DNA of 64,000 nucleotides from Candidatus Poribacteria bacterium (GTDB taxonomy: Bacteria > Poribacteria > WGA-4E > PCPOR2b). A program made the translations under genes and the position numbers. Below the pieces are notes generated by a model. It was given only the letters and a program-made list of their open reading frames with translations. It ran no database searches and was not told where the DNA came from. Location: the NCBI GenBank assembly GCA_965198175.1, contig OZ240245.1, positions 1,280,001 to 1,344,000 of the forward strand, read 5' to 3'. Of the stretch, positions 40,177 to 50,643 are shown one piece after another (positions within the stretch are counted from its first letter, which is position 1; the number at the start of each line of letters is the position of its first letter).

Positions 40177-40938
40177 ATGGTTGAGCTGACGGATCCCTAT
40201 GAAAAGTTTGCTTACGCCTACGATCGCATGATGAGCAACGTGGATTATGTGCGTTGGGCAGACTATATCGAGAATCTCTTCAAGCAGTACAAATTCCGCC
40301 CTCGAAAAATTTTGGATTTAGCTTGTGGAACGGCGGCTTTGACGGTGTTGATGGCGGAACATGGGTATGAAATATCGGGACTAGATCGTGCGGAGGGAAT
40401 GCTGGCAATTGCACGTCAAAAAGCCAAAGATCTCGACCTGGATATTCCGTTTTTTCAGGGTGACATGTGCAATTTCGATCTGCAGCAACAATTTGATGCG
40501 GTTGTTTGCATCTACGATAGCATTAACTATGCACTCGATGAAGACGAATTAGCCAATGTATTTCGCTCCGTGTGCAGGCATCTCGCTCCATCGGGGCTGT
40601 TCATTTTCGATGTGACAACCGAGCACAACATCGTTCGACATTTTCATGCACAAACCTTCGCAGAGAACAAAGATGACTATGCCTATATTTGGAAGAATCT
40701 CTACTCCTATCGCGATAATATCTGCCGCACATCATTGGCCTTTTTCCTGCGTGAAGGAGAATGTTTTCGCCGATTTGAAGAGGTGCATCTTCAAAGAATC
40801 TTCGGAGTCAACACTGTTAAAGAACTGCTACATCAGACCGGGTACAAAATGCTCAGCGCTTATGACATGTATACGTTTAATCGCTGGAACCGAAATTCTG
40901 ATCGAATCAATTTCACTGCATGTAAAGATGAAGATTAG
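40177..40938 (+). CDS. Class I SAM-dependent methyltransferase
   Basis: ILDLACGT, QGDM, CIYDSINY, LAPSGLFIFD. Confidence 0.92.
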   Translation: MVELTDPYEKFAYAYDRMMSNVDYVRWADYIENLFKQYKFRPRKILDLACGTAALTVLMAEHGYEISGLDRAEGMLAIARQKAKDLDLDIPFFQGDMCNFDLQQQFDAVVCIYDSINYALDEDELANVFRSVCRHLAPSGLFIFDVTTEHNIVRHFHAQTFAENKDDYAYIWKNLYSYRDNICRTSLAFFLREGECFRRFEEVHLQRIFGVNTVKELLHQTGYKMLSAYDMYTFNRWNRNSDRINFTACKDED

Positions 40939-40983
40939 CCAAGATTCGAGGTGAATCTAGCCTCAATGTGTGCCGGTTAGCGG

Positions 40984-42486
40984 TCACACACCAGAGGGTA
41001 ACCGCGTTACTGCAATAAACCTATCGTAAGCCTCATCCCAACCCGCCGAATCTTGCGGTTCGTAGATAGCAACCTCAAACGAACGACGGATAATCTCGCG
41101 TGCGTCAGCAATCGAATTGATTGCTCCGCTAGCAACCGCTTGTACCATGATATTGCCGATTGCAGTTGCCTCTATGGGACCCGCAACGACCGGCGTCCCC
41201 GTGGCATCGGCGGTGAATTGGCAGAGCACCTTGCTCTGCGTCCCACCACCAACGATGTGAAGGACGTTTATCGGCTTACTCCAAACAGCTTCGAGCCTTT
41301 CCAAAACCCACCGGTATTTGAGCGCAAGGCTTTCCAACGCACAGCGGATGATTTGTCCATTGTCCGACGTGATAGTTTGCCCGCTGCGTTTGCAATAATC
41401 AACAATGCGCGATGGCATATCGCCAGCGGGCAAGAAGCTGATGTCATCCGGGTCAATTAGCGCGGCAAAAGGCTTTGCGCTCACAGCCATCTGCGTAATC
41501 TGATCGTAGGACATGTCATCGCCCGCTTGCGCCCAAGTTCGCCGACACTCCTGCACCAGCCATAAGCCCATGATGTTTTTTAGGAAACGGAACGTGTTAT
41601 CAATTCCTCCCTCATTCGTAAAGTTGAGTTCGAGCGCTTGATCGGTAATAATCGGTTCGGGAACCTCAATCCCCATCAATGACCATGTACCGGAGCTGAT
41701 ATATGCCCAGTCTTCTCCCCGTGCGGGTACGGCTGCAACAGCCGAACCGGTATCGTGGCACGCCGGCGCAATAACAGGAATTTTGGGAAGGCCGACCTCG
41801 CTAGCAACGGTTGATAGAAGTGTGCCGAATTGTGTGCCCGGTGGCACAATCTCGGGGAAAATTTCGGTTGGCAAGCCAAGTCCGTCGAAAATCTCCTTCG
41901 ACCACCTGTATTTACGCGGATCGTAAAATTGTGTCGTTGTGGCATCAGTGAATTCGCATGCCTTTCGTCCTGTCAACCAGAAGTTGAAAAGATCTGGCAT
42001 CATCAGAAACGTCTTTGCAACTTCGAGCAGCGGCGATTCATTTAATACCATCGACAACAACTGATACAGCGTGTTAATCTGGAGGAATTGTGTCCCGCTT
42101 CGCTTGAAGATTTCCTCGCGCGATATGCGGCGAAAGGCTTCTCCCAGCATGCCATCTGTACGAGAATCCCGGTAATGATAGGGGTACCCAAGCAACGCGT
42201 CGTCTCTACCGAGAAGCGCAAAATCGACGCCCCAGGTATCCGCACCAAGGCTCGTGAGATTTACACGCTCGCGCGCGCATATAGAAAGGGTGCGCTTGAT
42301 CTCGCTCCAGAGCTGTAAGACATCCCAGTGCAGGCTATCCATCACGCGAATGCCGCCGTTAGCGAAACGGTGTAATTCCTCCAATTCAAGCAAATCGCCA
42401 TCGAACTTCCCTAACACGCCGCGTCCGCTTTCCGCGCCGAGATCTATCGCTAGGAATTGCTGTGCTTCTCTCATGCCAACTCCCAT
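40984..42486 (-). CDS. rhaB: Rhamnulokinase family (FGGY) sugar kinase
   Basis: AIDLGAESGR, DTWGVDF, HYRDSRT, HDTGSA, ISSGTWSLMG, FTNEGG, KNIMGLW. Confidence 0.9.
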   Translation of the reverse strand: MGVGMREAQQFLAIDLGAESGRGVLGKFDGDLLELEELHRFANGGIRVMDSLHWDVLQLWSEIKRTLSICARERVNLTSLGADTWGVDFALLGRDDALLGYPYHYRDSRTDGMLGEAFRRISREEIFKRSGTQFLQINTLYQLLSMVLNESPLLEVAKTFLMMPDLFNFWLTGRKACEFTDATTTQFYDPRKYRWSKEIFDGLGLPTEIFPEIVPPGTQFGTLLSTVASEVGLPKIPVIAPACHDTGSAVAAVPARGEDWAYISSGTWSLMGIEVPEPIITDQALELNFTNEGGIDNTFRFLKNIMGLWLVQECRRTWAQAGDDMSYDQITQMAVSAKPFAALIDPDDISFLPAGDMPSRIVDYCKRSGQTITSDNGQIIRCALESLALKYRWVLERLEAVWSKPINVLHIVGGGTQSKVLCQFTADATGTPVVAGPIEATAIGNIMVQAVASGAINSIADAREIIRRSFEVAIYEPQDSAGWDEAYDRFIAVTRLPSGV

Positions 42487-42577
42487 TCAAGGAAATTACA
42501 ACTTATTCCTCCTTAAATTTAATGCGAGGCTATCGGGTATCATATCTTGTCTGTAAGGTCAAAGTACGCGCATGAAC

Positions 42578-43693
42578 CTACTCATGGCTGTAGTATTTAT
42601 CCAAGGCGGCCTTATTCCTCAAAACCTGTTGTTGCTGTATCGCATCAACGAATCCCGAAGGTGCGGCACCAATCGGCTTAAAGATGTAAATACGCTCGAC
42701 TTTGGAAGCGGCGTCGTATTGAAAATTGATACCGCTTCTCCAATACCAGTGATTTTTGCCACCGTCTTTAATTTCCTCGGCGGGTCCAAATTCGGTTTCA
42801 ACGCGCTTGTGGGTACTTCTGATACCGTTGCCGCCCAACGTTTTAGCTAAACTTGGCTTGTGGAGAATTGGCCTTATGATATCTCCCTCAAACGGCTTAA
42901 AAATATGCAGACTCATGACATGACCAATGCGATCATTGCTAACGGTTAACCCAATATCCCAATAGTTAAGCCTACCGGCTACGCCACCTACTTCCTCGTC
43001 CGGTTTTCCATACAGCACTTTCACCCTATCAAATTCCTCCCCTAATTCAATGCCAGCAGCTTCCTTCCCTGGCACAATTAGGGAGTGAATTACAATGATG
43101 TCCGCCGGTTTTTCCACCACTTCGTTTATACCATCGTGCACAGTTAACGTAATTGTTGTTGAATTCGCATCAAATGGGACAGTCCATATCGTTGTCGGCA
43201 TATTCGCTGAACTGAGCAACCCCGCCGCTTCCCAGTTGTAGGTCAGCGTATCTCCATCTACATCATCAGTTATCGCTTCAAGTTGTATACGTGCGCCCGC
43301 ATTAACCTTGTCCGGGACAAGGATTCGCTTGATAACAGGCGCTGAATTTTGAAGATTTATGGCTATCTTTTTTGACTTAACAGTCGATTGGTTCACACCG
43401 TCATTCGCGTGAACGACGACAACTGCTGATTTCGCATTCGTGGGGGCTGTCCATTTCACGATGCGTCCTATACTAGAATCGAGTTTGCCTTCTTTTGCTT
43501 CCCATACATAGCTCAACGCGTCACCGTCCGCATCATGTGCAACAACCTGTAGTTCGACACTGGCACCGGGTTCGACCGGCTCATTTAAAACGACGTGATC
43601 GATTACAGGCGGGCTATTCTGGAGACCGCTCTCATCATCGCCGCAAGCCAATATGGCGATCAAAATAACCGATAGTATGACAATTGCCTTCAT
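42578..43693 (-). CDS. Lipoprotein with two Ig-like/PKD-type modules and C-terminal repeated domains
   Basis: Lipobox ILAC; NSPPVI..DADGDALSYVW and NSAPVI..DVDGDTLTYNW; YGKP/FGPA repeats. Confidence 0.8.
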   Translation of the reverse strand: MKAIVILSVILIAILACGDDESGLQNSPPVIDHVVLNEPVEPGASVELQVVAHDADGDALSYVWEAKEGKLDSSIGRIVKWTAPTNAKSAVVVVHANDGVNQSTVKSKKIAINLQNSAPVIKRILVPDKVNAGARIQLEAITDDVDGDTLTYNWEAAGLLSSANMPTTIWTVPFDANSTTITLTVHDGINEVVEKPADIIVIHSLIVPGKEAAGIELGEEFDRVKVLYGKPDEEVGGVAGRLNYWDIGLTVSNDRIGHVMSLHIFKPFEGDIIRPILHKPSLAKTLGGNGIRSTHKRVETEFGPAEEIKDGGKNHWYWRSGINFQYDAASKVERIYIFKPIGAAPSGFVDAIQQQQVLRNKAALDKYYSHE

Positions 43694-43857
43694 TGATACT
43701 ATCCTCCTAACGAAAAAGTACCGCTGTCCACGGCGCGAAACCGGAACAGCGTGGGTTTACCGAAATTGTCCGACCAGCTTTTCTTCAATTGGTTTGATGT
43801 AGAGTTACATCTGAAAAAGGCAGCGATTTGGTAAGCCAATTGAATTGATGCCCTCGC

Positions 43858-44403
43858 TTACGATACCGGTGCCGCTTCCCTTTCCATATAACGTTGTTTT
43901 ACTTCCTCAGCAGCCTGACTTCCCGCACGGAAATTTGGCAACTGTTCGATCGAGGCACCTGCCTCAATGAGTGCTTCAGCGGATTCGGCATACCCGAACT
44001 CGATCGCAAGGCACAATGGCTCTCCATCCCCATTTAACCCTTCCACCTTTGCCCCCGCCTCGACAAAGACCCTGACCAGGTCCGCGGCGACTCCGGCATT
44101 GTGAGGATGAACGCTAGTAACGAGGGATACCAAAGGTGTTGTCCCGCTCTTACCATCCAAAAAAGTGGCGTCGATATCGCTCCCCGTGGCAAGCAGAGTC
44201 TTTGCAATCTCCACAGCGTTTGTGGGAGTCCTCTGGCGTTCGTCCTCGACTCCGTTTGCTGATACATAGTGAAGCAAGGTGGCACGATGATTCCTTGCAG
44301 AGCGGGCTTTCGCTAGATCTGGATTGGCAGCAAGCAACTCCGACAACTTCGTAAGTTCGCCAGCGATAATAGCCTCGACTGCGGCCTCAAACATAGCGTT
44401 CAT
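43858..44403 (-). CDS. Ankyrin repeat protein
   Basis: ATLLHY, EIAKTLLATGSDID, PLCLAIEFG..ALIEAGA. Confidence 0.85.
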   Translation of the reverse strand: MNAMFEAAVEAIIAGELTKLSELLAANPDLAKARSARNHRATLLHYVSANGVEDERQRTPTNAVEIAKTLLATGSDIDATFLDGKSGTTPLVSLVTSVHPHNAGVAADLVRVFVEAGAKVEGLNGDGEPLCLAIEFGYAESAEALIEAGASIEQLPNFRAGSQAAEEVKQRYMEREAAPVS

Positions 44404-44576
44404 CTACCAGTCCTTTCACCCGTAAGATAAATTGTGAATCTCCTGTTGTAAAATTGCAGTTTTGGCATGCTTTAGCATCCATATTTTCCGCATTATATCG
44501 CCTTAAGGCACGTCTTATCCAAGTCCAGGATCGCTGTTAAGAAAAGAATTGACACAAAAATCGTAACTCGCCCAAA

Positions 44577-45227
44577 TCATTCCGCTACCCCTGATTCCTC
44601 TTTTGATATTGCAATCTTAATCAGGGCACCGGCGGCAATAATGAATGCCAAACTAAGTAGGATGACATGCAGTTGAACATCGACTTGGGGAATTAGGAAC
44701 CCAATCGGGAAAGCGACAATTGCAAGTAGAAATAGATATCCTGAAGGACGATTCCAACTTCCAATCAGCGCCCAGCCGTAACATAAGGACATCAGAACAG
44801 CAAAAAATGTACTTGTCCGCGAAAGAGCTTCCCAGAACTCCTCAGAAACGTGATAAATCAACATTGCGGTTTCACGAGAGGGCGGCTTATCGTATAATTC
44901 GCTCAAGGTACGCAGTGGCGCTGTTTGGGAGAGATGGCCGACAATTCCAATGCCAACCCAAAGAAGCGCGAAACCGAGTCCCAGATAGCTGCGCGTCGTC
45001 GCTGCTGTGCTAAGCATCGCAAATAGCGCAATGACCGCTGGCGTAATCAGGATGAGACTGACAACGCTTAATCCGTGTGCGATGCCAACGAGTTTCAAAT
45101 CCGGGGTTCCAAGATACGCCGCCTGCACACGAAACATGAACAGATAACTCGATATGAGCATCAAAATGCCACCGAGCAACCCTGTGATACCACCGACCAG
45201 ATACAGTTCAATAGGTTTGTTCTTCAT
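44577..45227 (-). CDS. Hypothetical multi-pass membrane protein
   Basis: 216 aa, about 6 hydrophobic helices, AGGAGG RBS. Confidence 0.75.
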   Translation of the reverse strand: MKNKPIELYLVGGITGLLGGILMLISSYLFMFRVQAAYLGTPDLKLVGIAHGLSVVSLILITPAVIALFAMLSTAATTRSYLGLGFALLWVGIGIVGHLSQTAPLRTLSELYDKPPSRETAMLIYHVSEEFWEALSRTSTFFAVLMSLCYGWALIGSWNRPSGYLFLLAIVAFPIGFLIPQVDVQLHVILLSLAFIIAAGALIKIAISKEESGVAE

Positions 45228-45432
45228 AATCGGTACCTCCTTTTGAAAAACATGAGTTAACCGGAAACTCGGGAATTAAGAAATGACGGTCCAATAGCTA
45301 AGTTTCATAGCTTCGTCCAACTCCCCCTTATCAAAATCCACTAATTATAGCATCTCTGAAATATGGATGAAAGATGTTTTGAATACTGCCCGTTGCGTAT
45401 TGGACAGCGTAAGTTTTGAAGAATCGAAATGT

Positions 45433-46266
45433 CTACCAGCGTGCCGGACCAGACGGAAACCCGTAAGGTTTGTAGTGACAATCCCTACTCCCCGATGGCC
45501 ATGCCTGACCGCCTATAAACCGAAACTCATCAATTTTCCCAGAGAGCCAGTAAAACATGCGAACAGTCTCTATCGAACCGTAACTTGCCGATTGGAAGTC
45601 AAAGTCCGGATCACGAATCCAATCCCGAACTGGTGGCTCGGTCCGCCAATAGTTGTATTTCAACATATGGCGCACCGCCGATGCCGTTGAGGCTGTGCGA
45701 CGGTGCCATATCGAATAGACTGTGATGAAAATTGACCCCGCGGGTGCAGCGGTTTTGACCCCATCTCGAATAACGCCGTAGTGTTGCATATACCGCGCTG
45801 GCCAGTCGTTAAAATGCGAACCGGGCAATACCTCGGTGGGCCCCAACTCTGGACGTGTATCTTGCGGATAATAGAAGACCTGTAGATAGTTCAACTCCGG
45901 ACCGCACTTTGAACCACCATCCCGATGCCAGCCCTGAGGGGGTGAAGGGCATTCTCCCCGATGCTGGCTCATAAGTATCGGCAAGCCAAAGTTCATCCCA
46001 AGCAATGACCGAACGGCACCCGCCGCTTGGGGATTGAGAATTACGTTCTCAACAAACCAGTCTTCCTTCAGGATTTCGGTTGGTTCATAATAGGTATTTG
46101 CTTCGAGGTACTCTATTGTCCTGCGATTTATCTCGTCTGGCACTACCCCGTTTAACACGAGAAAGCCGTGTGCGCAAAACTGTAAAACTTGCCCGTCTGT
46201 CAGAGTTGGCGCGCAGTCATACGTTCTCTGCGGTATGCTGTACCGCTCCCTGTTTGTTAGTTCCAT
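45433..46266 (-). CDS. PhyH-family Fe(II)/2OG dioxygenase
   Basis: GWHRD, GPTEVLPGSH, SIWHR. Confidence 0.88.
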   Translation of the reverse strand: MELTNRERYSIPQRTYDCAPTLTDGQVLQFCAHGFLVLNGVVPDEINRRTIEYLEANTYYEPTEILKEDWFVENVILNPQAAGAVRSLLGMNFGLPILMSQHRGECPSPPQGWHRDGGSKCGPELNYLQVFYYPQDTRPELGPTEVLPGSHFNDWPARYMQHYGVIRDGVKTAAPAGSIFITVYSIWHRRTASTASAVRHMLKYNYWRTEPPVRDWIRDPDFDFQSASYGSIETVRMFYWLSGKIDEFRFIGGQAWPSGSRDCHYKPYGFPSGPARW

Positions 46267-46439
46267 GGTTAAATCCTCGTAGAAAAATTTTTGAATTGAG
46301 ATTCATTGTCTTCAGTTTTTGAAAGAGGACAAAAAATCTTGTTTAAGAATTGAGATAACCTCTAAAACCCAGGCAACAATAGCCGATTTTCATTTCGAGG
46401 TCGAAATATTAAGATACAAGAGGAATCCTGCCCTGTCAA

Positions 46440-48380
46440 TCATCTCCGAATCGGGTGCCAAAAGTGGGAATAGGTAGGTGCATCGAGAATAATGCCGATG
46501 ACACTCCAAATTGTCATTGACACGAAATCACCCAGGATTACACCGACAGCCACGGGGATGGTCTTTCGATAAGCACGTAAACCCCCGTATTTCAGAACAA
46601 TGGATTTTACCAGCCATCCAATGAGGAACGGCATCCACAGATAGTTCATTGTGTGATCATTTCCCATAAGATACCCAACCGGGTGCAGGGACCACCATAA
46701 AAAACGCGAACGCATCAAGGCAAGAAACAGGACAACAATGAAACCCTGTGCGACAGTCGCCATGACGGTGTAATTCACGCCGCTCGGGTAGACCAGCCAA
46801 CGCTCTAGAGTACCATAGGTAATCCAGCCGAGATAGGTTCTGCCTTTAGCGGCTCCAAATTCGAAAAGCGTATGAAGCGATGCCCAGAGCCCAGCGGCGA
46901 TAGCTACGCCGACTGCTAAGATGATAGCGGCAAACAACTTCGTGTTGTCGATACCAACGCGTTCGGCGATTTTGAATGCCTCCATTTGGTGCGGCATGGG
47001 ATTGTTCCTGTTTGCGAGGGAAAACCAACGAAGCAGTGCCATCATGCCGAGGTTCTTTGCTCCAAGTCTTCGTGTGCCGAGTGAATAATACAGGAGGTTG
47101 CTCGGTCCGATTTCAGGGTAGTAATGTACCGGCGCCCCCAATTCGGCGCGCAACTTTGTAACGCAGATGGAAACTGCACCGTAGAGCGCGAAGAATAGAA
47201 AAGCCACGCAGAGAGACATCCCGCCCATATAACAGAACCAGATTAGGAACACCAAACCGAATACGACACCTAGAATAGCTAGTCGAAAGGGAATTGGCTC
47301 AGAGTTTTCATCCAATTCGGTGTTTCCCACAAAGACCTTTTTCAAAATCTGAATCAGCCGCTTCCGGCTTGCCCAGATTGCTAGCAAGCAGATCGCCAAA
47401 TAAGCCCCGCCACTGGCTTGGTGATTAAAAGCCAGCCCTGCAGGTATCGCCCATCCCGTGATATATCTGATGACCAACTCAGCTTTCCAAACGAGAAAGA
47501 AAAACCAAGCAGACAGTGAAAGGTCCAACGGACTGAAATAGACTAGGCCAATCATAAAAGGGTAAAAAGAGATGCGCGTCATGCCCATCGCAGTCCACGG
47601 TTTTTCTTGAAACAGATGACCGAAATCGACGTACCAAATGGGAACGTGCGGCACTTGAGGGAAGAAGAAGTAGAGACCATTGAAAATCTGGAAACCTAGC
47701 ACTATGCTGAAGCTTGTCCACATTGTGCGCCGCTTGAAAAACTGTGAGGTATCCTGTGTCATCTCAAGCGGAATCTGAATAATCGGATATGTGAGCCTTT
47801 CGGCGTTAATCCACTGACTTCTGAAGAATACGGTTATAACCGCAAGGGTTGAAACAAGAACGAATGCAAAGAAACCCCAAGTGAGGACAGGGATGATAAT
47901 GCCTCGAATGTGTTCTGCGGTGTATAAGGTAGATTCTCCTGTATAATAGTCCTTGACGACCCTCTCACTGTGAATGATGAGCCATTTGGGCAGATGTGAA
48001 ATGAAGAGGTTTGCCCAGTCGTTCTCAGGCGTAGCATATGCCACCGGATGTCCGATGGAATGAACGAGGGTTTCTATGAACTCTAAACCACAGATGACTG
48101 CTCCAATAGCCATCATCACGTATATAACCATCAATTCACCCTGGCTGAATGCGTGTCGGGGCAGAAATCGTTGCAAGAAGACGTTGAGTATGATTAGAGC
48201 GATTAGCCAGATTACCGCGTTCAGAATTAGCGCGACCGTTGTGGTTTCTGGCGAATAACGGACGATTTCCATGTGGTATATCCAGAAAGCGTTCACGATG
48301 ATGAGCACCACACCAATCAGGGTCGCACGTAATGTTACATGGGAGGATTTTTCTGGGCTAGTGGTCAAATTTTTCCGCAT
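46440..48380 (-). CDS. DUF6785/DUF6784-like polytopic membrane protein (putative transporter), copy A
   Basis: YATPENDW, QW..AERLTYPI..P, RAELG, MPHQMEAFK, LHPVGY, KYGG..YRK. Confidence 0.8.
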   Translation of the reverse strand: MRKNLTTSPEKSSHVTLRATLIGVVLIIVNAFWIYHMEIVRYSPETTTVALILNAVIWLIALIILNVFLQRFLPRHAFSQGELMVIYVMMAIGAVICGLEFIETLVHSIGHPVAYATPENDWANLFISHLPKWLIIHSERVVKDYYTGESTLYTAEHIRGIIIPVLTWGFFAFVLVSTLAVITVFFRSQWINAERLTYPIIQIPLEMTQDTSQFFKRRTMWTSFSIVLGFQIFNGLYFFFPQVPHVPIWYVDFGHLFQEKPWTAMGMTRISFYPFMIGLVYFSPLDLSLSAWFFFLVWKAELVIRYITGWAIPAGLAFNHQASGGAYLAICLLAIWASRKRLIQILKKVFVGNTELDENSEPIPFRLAILGVVFGLVFLIWFCYMGGMSLCVAFLFFALYGAVSICVTKLRAELGAPVHYYPEIGPSNLLYYSLGTRRLGAKNLGMMALLRWFSLANRNNPMPHQMEAFKIAERVGIDNTKLFAAIILAVGVAIAAGLWASLHTLFEFGAAKGRTYLGWITYGTLERWLVYPSGVNYTVMATVAQGFIVVLFLALMRSRFLWWSLHPVGYLMGNDHTMNYLWMPFLIGWLVKSIVLKYGGLRAYRKTIPVAVGVILGDFVSMTIWSVIGIILDAPTYSHFWHPIRR

Positions 48381-48566
48381 AATGCGAACTTCCTAATTTT
48401 TCGAAATGACTTGGATGGCGATGCACGACAATTCCAATCTAAGTTTGGGCATGAATAAATCCTTGTACATTTCTCAGAGCTAACACTCCGAAAACTCAAA
48501 CAACTATAGTCGATTTTTATTTCGAGGTCGAAATATTAAGATACAAGAGGAATCCTGCCCTGTCAA

Positions 48567-50495
48567 TCATCTCCGAATCGGGTGCCAAAAGTGGGAATAG
48601 GTGGGTACATTGAGAATAATGCCGATGACACTCCAGATTGTCATTGACACAAAGTCACCCAGGATTACACCGACAGCCACGGGGATGGTCTTCCGATAAG
48701 CGCGCAAACCACCGTATTTTAGCACGATCGATTTGACCAGCCATCCGATGAGAAACGGCATCCATAGATAATTCATTGTGTGATCGTTTGCCATAAGATA
48801 TCCGACCGGGTGCAGCGACCACCATAGAAAACGCGAACGCATCAAGGCAAGAAACAGCACAACAACGAAACCCTGTATGACGGTCGCCATGACTGTGTAA
48901 TTCACTCCGCTCGGATAGACCAGCCAACGCTCCAGAGAACCATAGAAAACCCAACCGAGACCGGTTCTACCTTTAGCGGTTCCAAATTCGAATAGCGTGT
49001 GAAGCGATGCCCAGAGTCCAGCGGCGATTGCTACCCCGACTGCTAAGATGATGGCGGCAAACAACTTCCTGTTGTCGATACCAACGCGTTCGGCGATTTT
49101 GAATGCCTCCATTTGATGCGGCATCGGATTATTCCGGTTGGCGAGCGAAAACCAGCGAAGCAGAGCCATCATGCCGAGGTTCTTTGCTCCAAGTCTTCGT
49201 GTGCCGAGTGAATAATACAGGAGGTTGCTCGGTCCGATTTCAGGGTAGTAATGGACCGGTGCTCCCAACTCGGCGCGTAACTTAGTAACACAGATGGAAA
49301 CTGCGCCGTAGAGCGCGAAGAACAGAAAAGCCACCCAGAGAGACATCCCGCCCAAATAACAGAACCAGATTAGGATTACTAAGCCGAATACGACACCTAG
49401 GAAAGCCAGCCGAAAGGGAATTGGTTCAGAACTTTCATCCAATTCTGTCTCTCCCACAAACACCTTTTTCAAAATCTGAATTAGTCGCCTCCGACTCGCC
49501 CAGATTGCTAGCAAGCAGACTGCCAGATAGGCGCCGCCGCTAGCTTGGTGATTGAGAGCCATCCCAGCAGGTATCACCCAGCCCATCATATACCTGACGA
49601 CCAACTCGGCTTTCCAAACGATGAAGAAAAACCAAGCGGACATGGAAAGGTCTAACGGACTGAAATAGATTAGACCGATCATAAAGGGGTAAAAGGAGAT
49701 GCGTGTCATACCCATCGCAGTCCACGGTTTTTCTCGAAACAGATGACCGAAATCGACGTACCAAATGGGAACGTGTGGCACCTGAGGGAAGAAGAAATAG
49801 AGACCGTTGAAAATTTGGAAGCCTAGCACAATGCTGAAGCTCGTCCACAACCCACGCCGCTTGAAGAATTGCGAGGTATCCTGTGTCATCGCAAGCGGAA
49901 TCTGAATAATCGGATATGTGAGTCTTTCCGCGTGGATCCATTGATTTCTGAAGAACACGGTTATGACGGCAAGCGTCGATACAAGAACGAATGCAAAGAA
50001 CCCCCAAGTGAGGACAGGAATGATAATACCTCGAATGTGTTCGGCGGTGTATAAAGTAGATTCTCCTGTATAATAATCCTTGACGACTCTCTCACTGTGA
50101 ATGATGAGCCATTTGGGAAGATGTGGCAAAAACAGGTTTGCCCAGTCGTTTTCAGGCGTAGCATACGCCACCGGATGCCCGATGGAATGAACGAGGGTTT
50201 CTATGAACTCTAACCCGCAGATGGCTGCTCCAATCGCCATCATCACGTATATAACCATCAATTCGCCCTGGCTGAAGGCGTATCGGGGCAGAAATCGTTG
50301 CAAGAAAACGTTCAGTATGATTAGAGCGATTAGCCAGATTACCGCGTTCAGGATAAGCGCGACTGTTGTGGTTTCCGGTGAATAGCGAACGATTTCCATA
50401 TGGTAAATCCAGAAAGCGTTCACAATGATGAGCACCACCCCAATCAGGGTCGCACGTAATGTTACCTCGGAGGATTTTGCTGCGTTCGCGGTCAA
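48567..50495 (-). CDS. DUF6785/DUF6784-like polytopic membrane protein, copy B
   Basis: Near-identical paralog of copy A at an offset of about 2.1 kb. The ATG of copy A is ATA here, so the start is TTG. Confidence 0.8.
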   Translation of the reverse strand: MTANAAKSSEVTLRATLIGVVLIIVNAFWIYHMEIVRYSPETTTVALILNAVIWLIALIILNVFLQRFLPRYAFSQGELMVIYVMMAIGAAICGLEFIETLVHSIGHPVAYATPENDWANLFLPHLPKWLIIHSERVVKDYYTGESTLYTAEHIRGIIIPVLTWGFFAFVLVSTLAVITVFFRNQWIHAERLTYPIIQIPLAMTQDTSQFFKRRGLWTSFSIVLGFQIFNGLYFFFPQVPHVPIWYVDFGHLFREKPWTAMGMTRISFYPFMIGLIYFSPLDLSMSAWFFFIVWKAELVVRYMMGWVIPAGMALNHQASGGAYLAVCLLAIWASRRRLIQILKKVFVGETELDESSEPIPFRLAFLGVVFGLVILIWFCYLGGMSLWVAFLFFALYGAVSICVTKLRAELGAPVHYYPEIGPSNLLYYSLGTRRLGAKNLGMMALLRWFSLANRNNPMPHQMEAFKIAERVGIDNRKLFAAIILAVGVAIAAGLWASLHTLFEFGTAKGRTGLGWVFYGSLERWLVYPSGVNYTVMATVIQGFVVVLFLALMRSRFLWWSLHPVGYLMANDHTMNYLWMPFLIGWLVKSIVLKYGGLRAYRKTIPVAVGVILGDFVSMTIWSVIGIILNVPTYSHFWHPIRR

Positions 50496-50643
50496 ATTTT
50501 TCCGTATAATGCGAACTTCCTATTGTTTCGAAATGGCTCGGATGGCGATGCGCGACAGTTTCCATCTGAGTTGAAGTATCAATTAATCTGTGTACATTTT
50601 CAGGGACTTAATTCCCTTCAAACGACGGCATAAAATCTTGCTC

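Larger units (their letters stand above)
46350..50605. repeat. Tandem duplication, unit about 2.1 kb (gene plus both flanks)
   Basis: 46392-46475 is identical to 48519-48602 (84 bp, offset 2127). The 5' flanks 48362-48472 and 50490-50600 also align. Confidence 0.92.

Noticed and set aside
50152..50565. Overlapping 137-aa ORF at the start of transporter copy B
   Set aside because: The equivalent frame in copy A is closed by stops, so it is a shadow frame.
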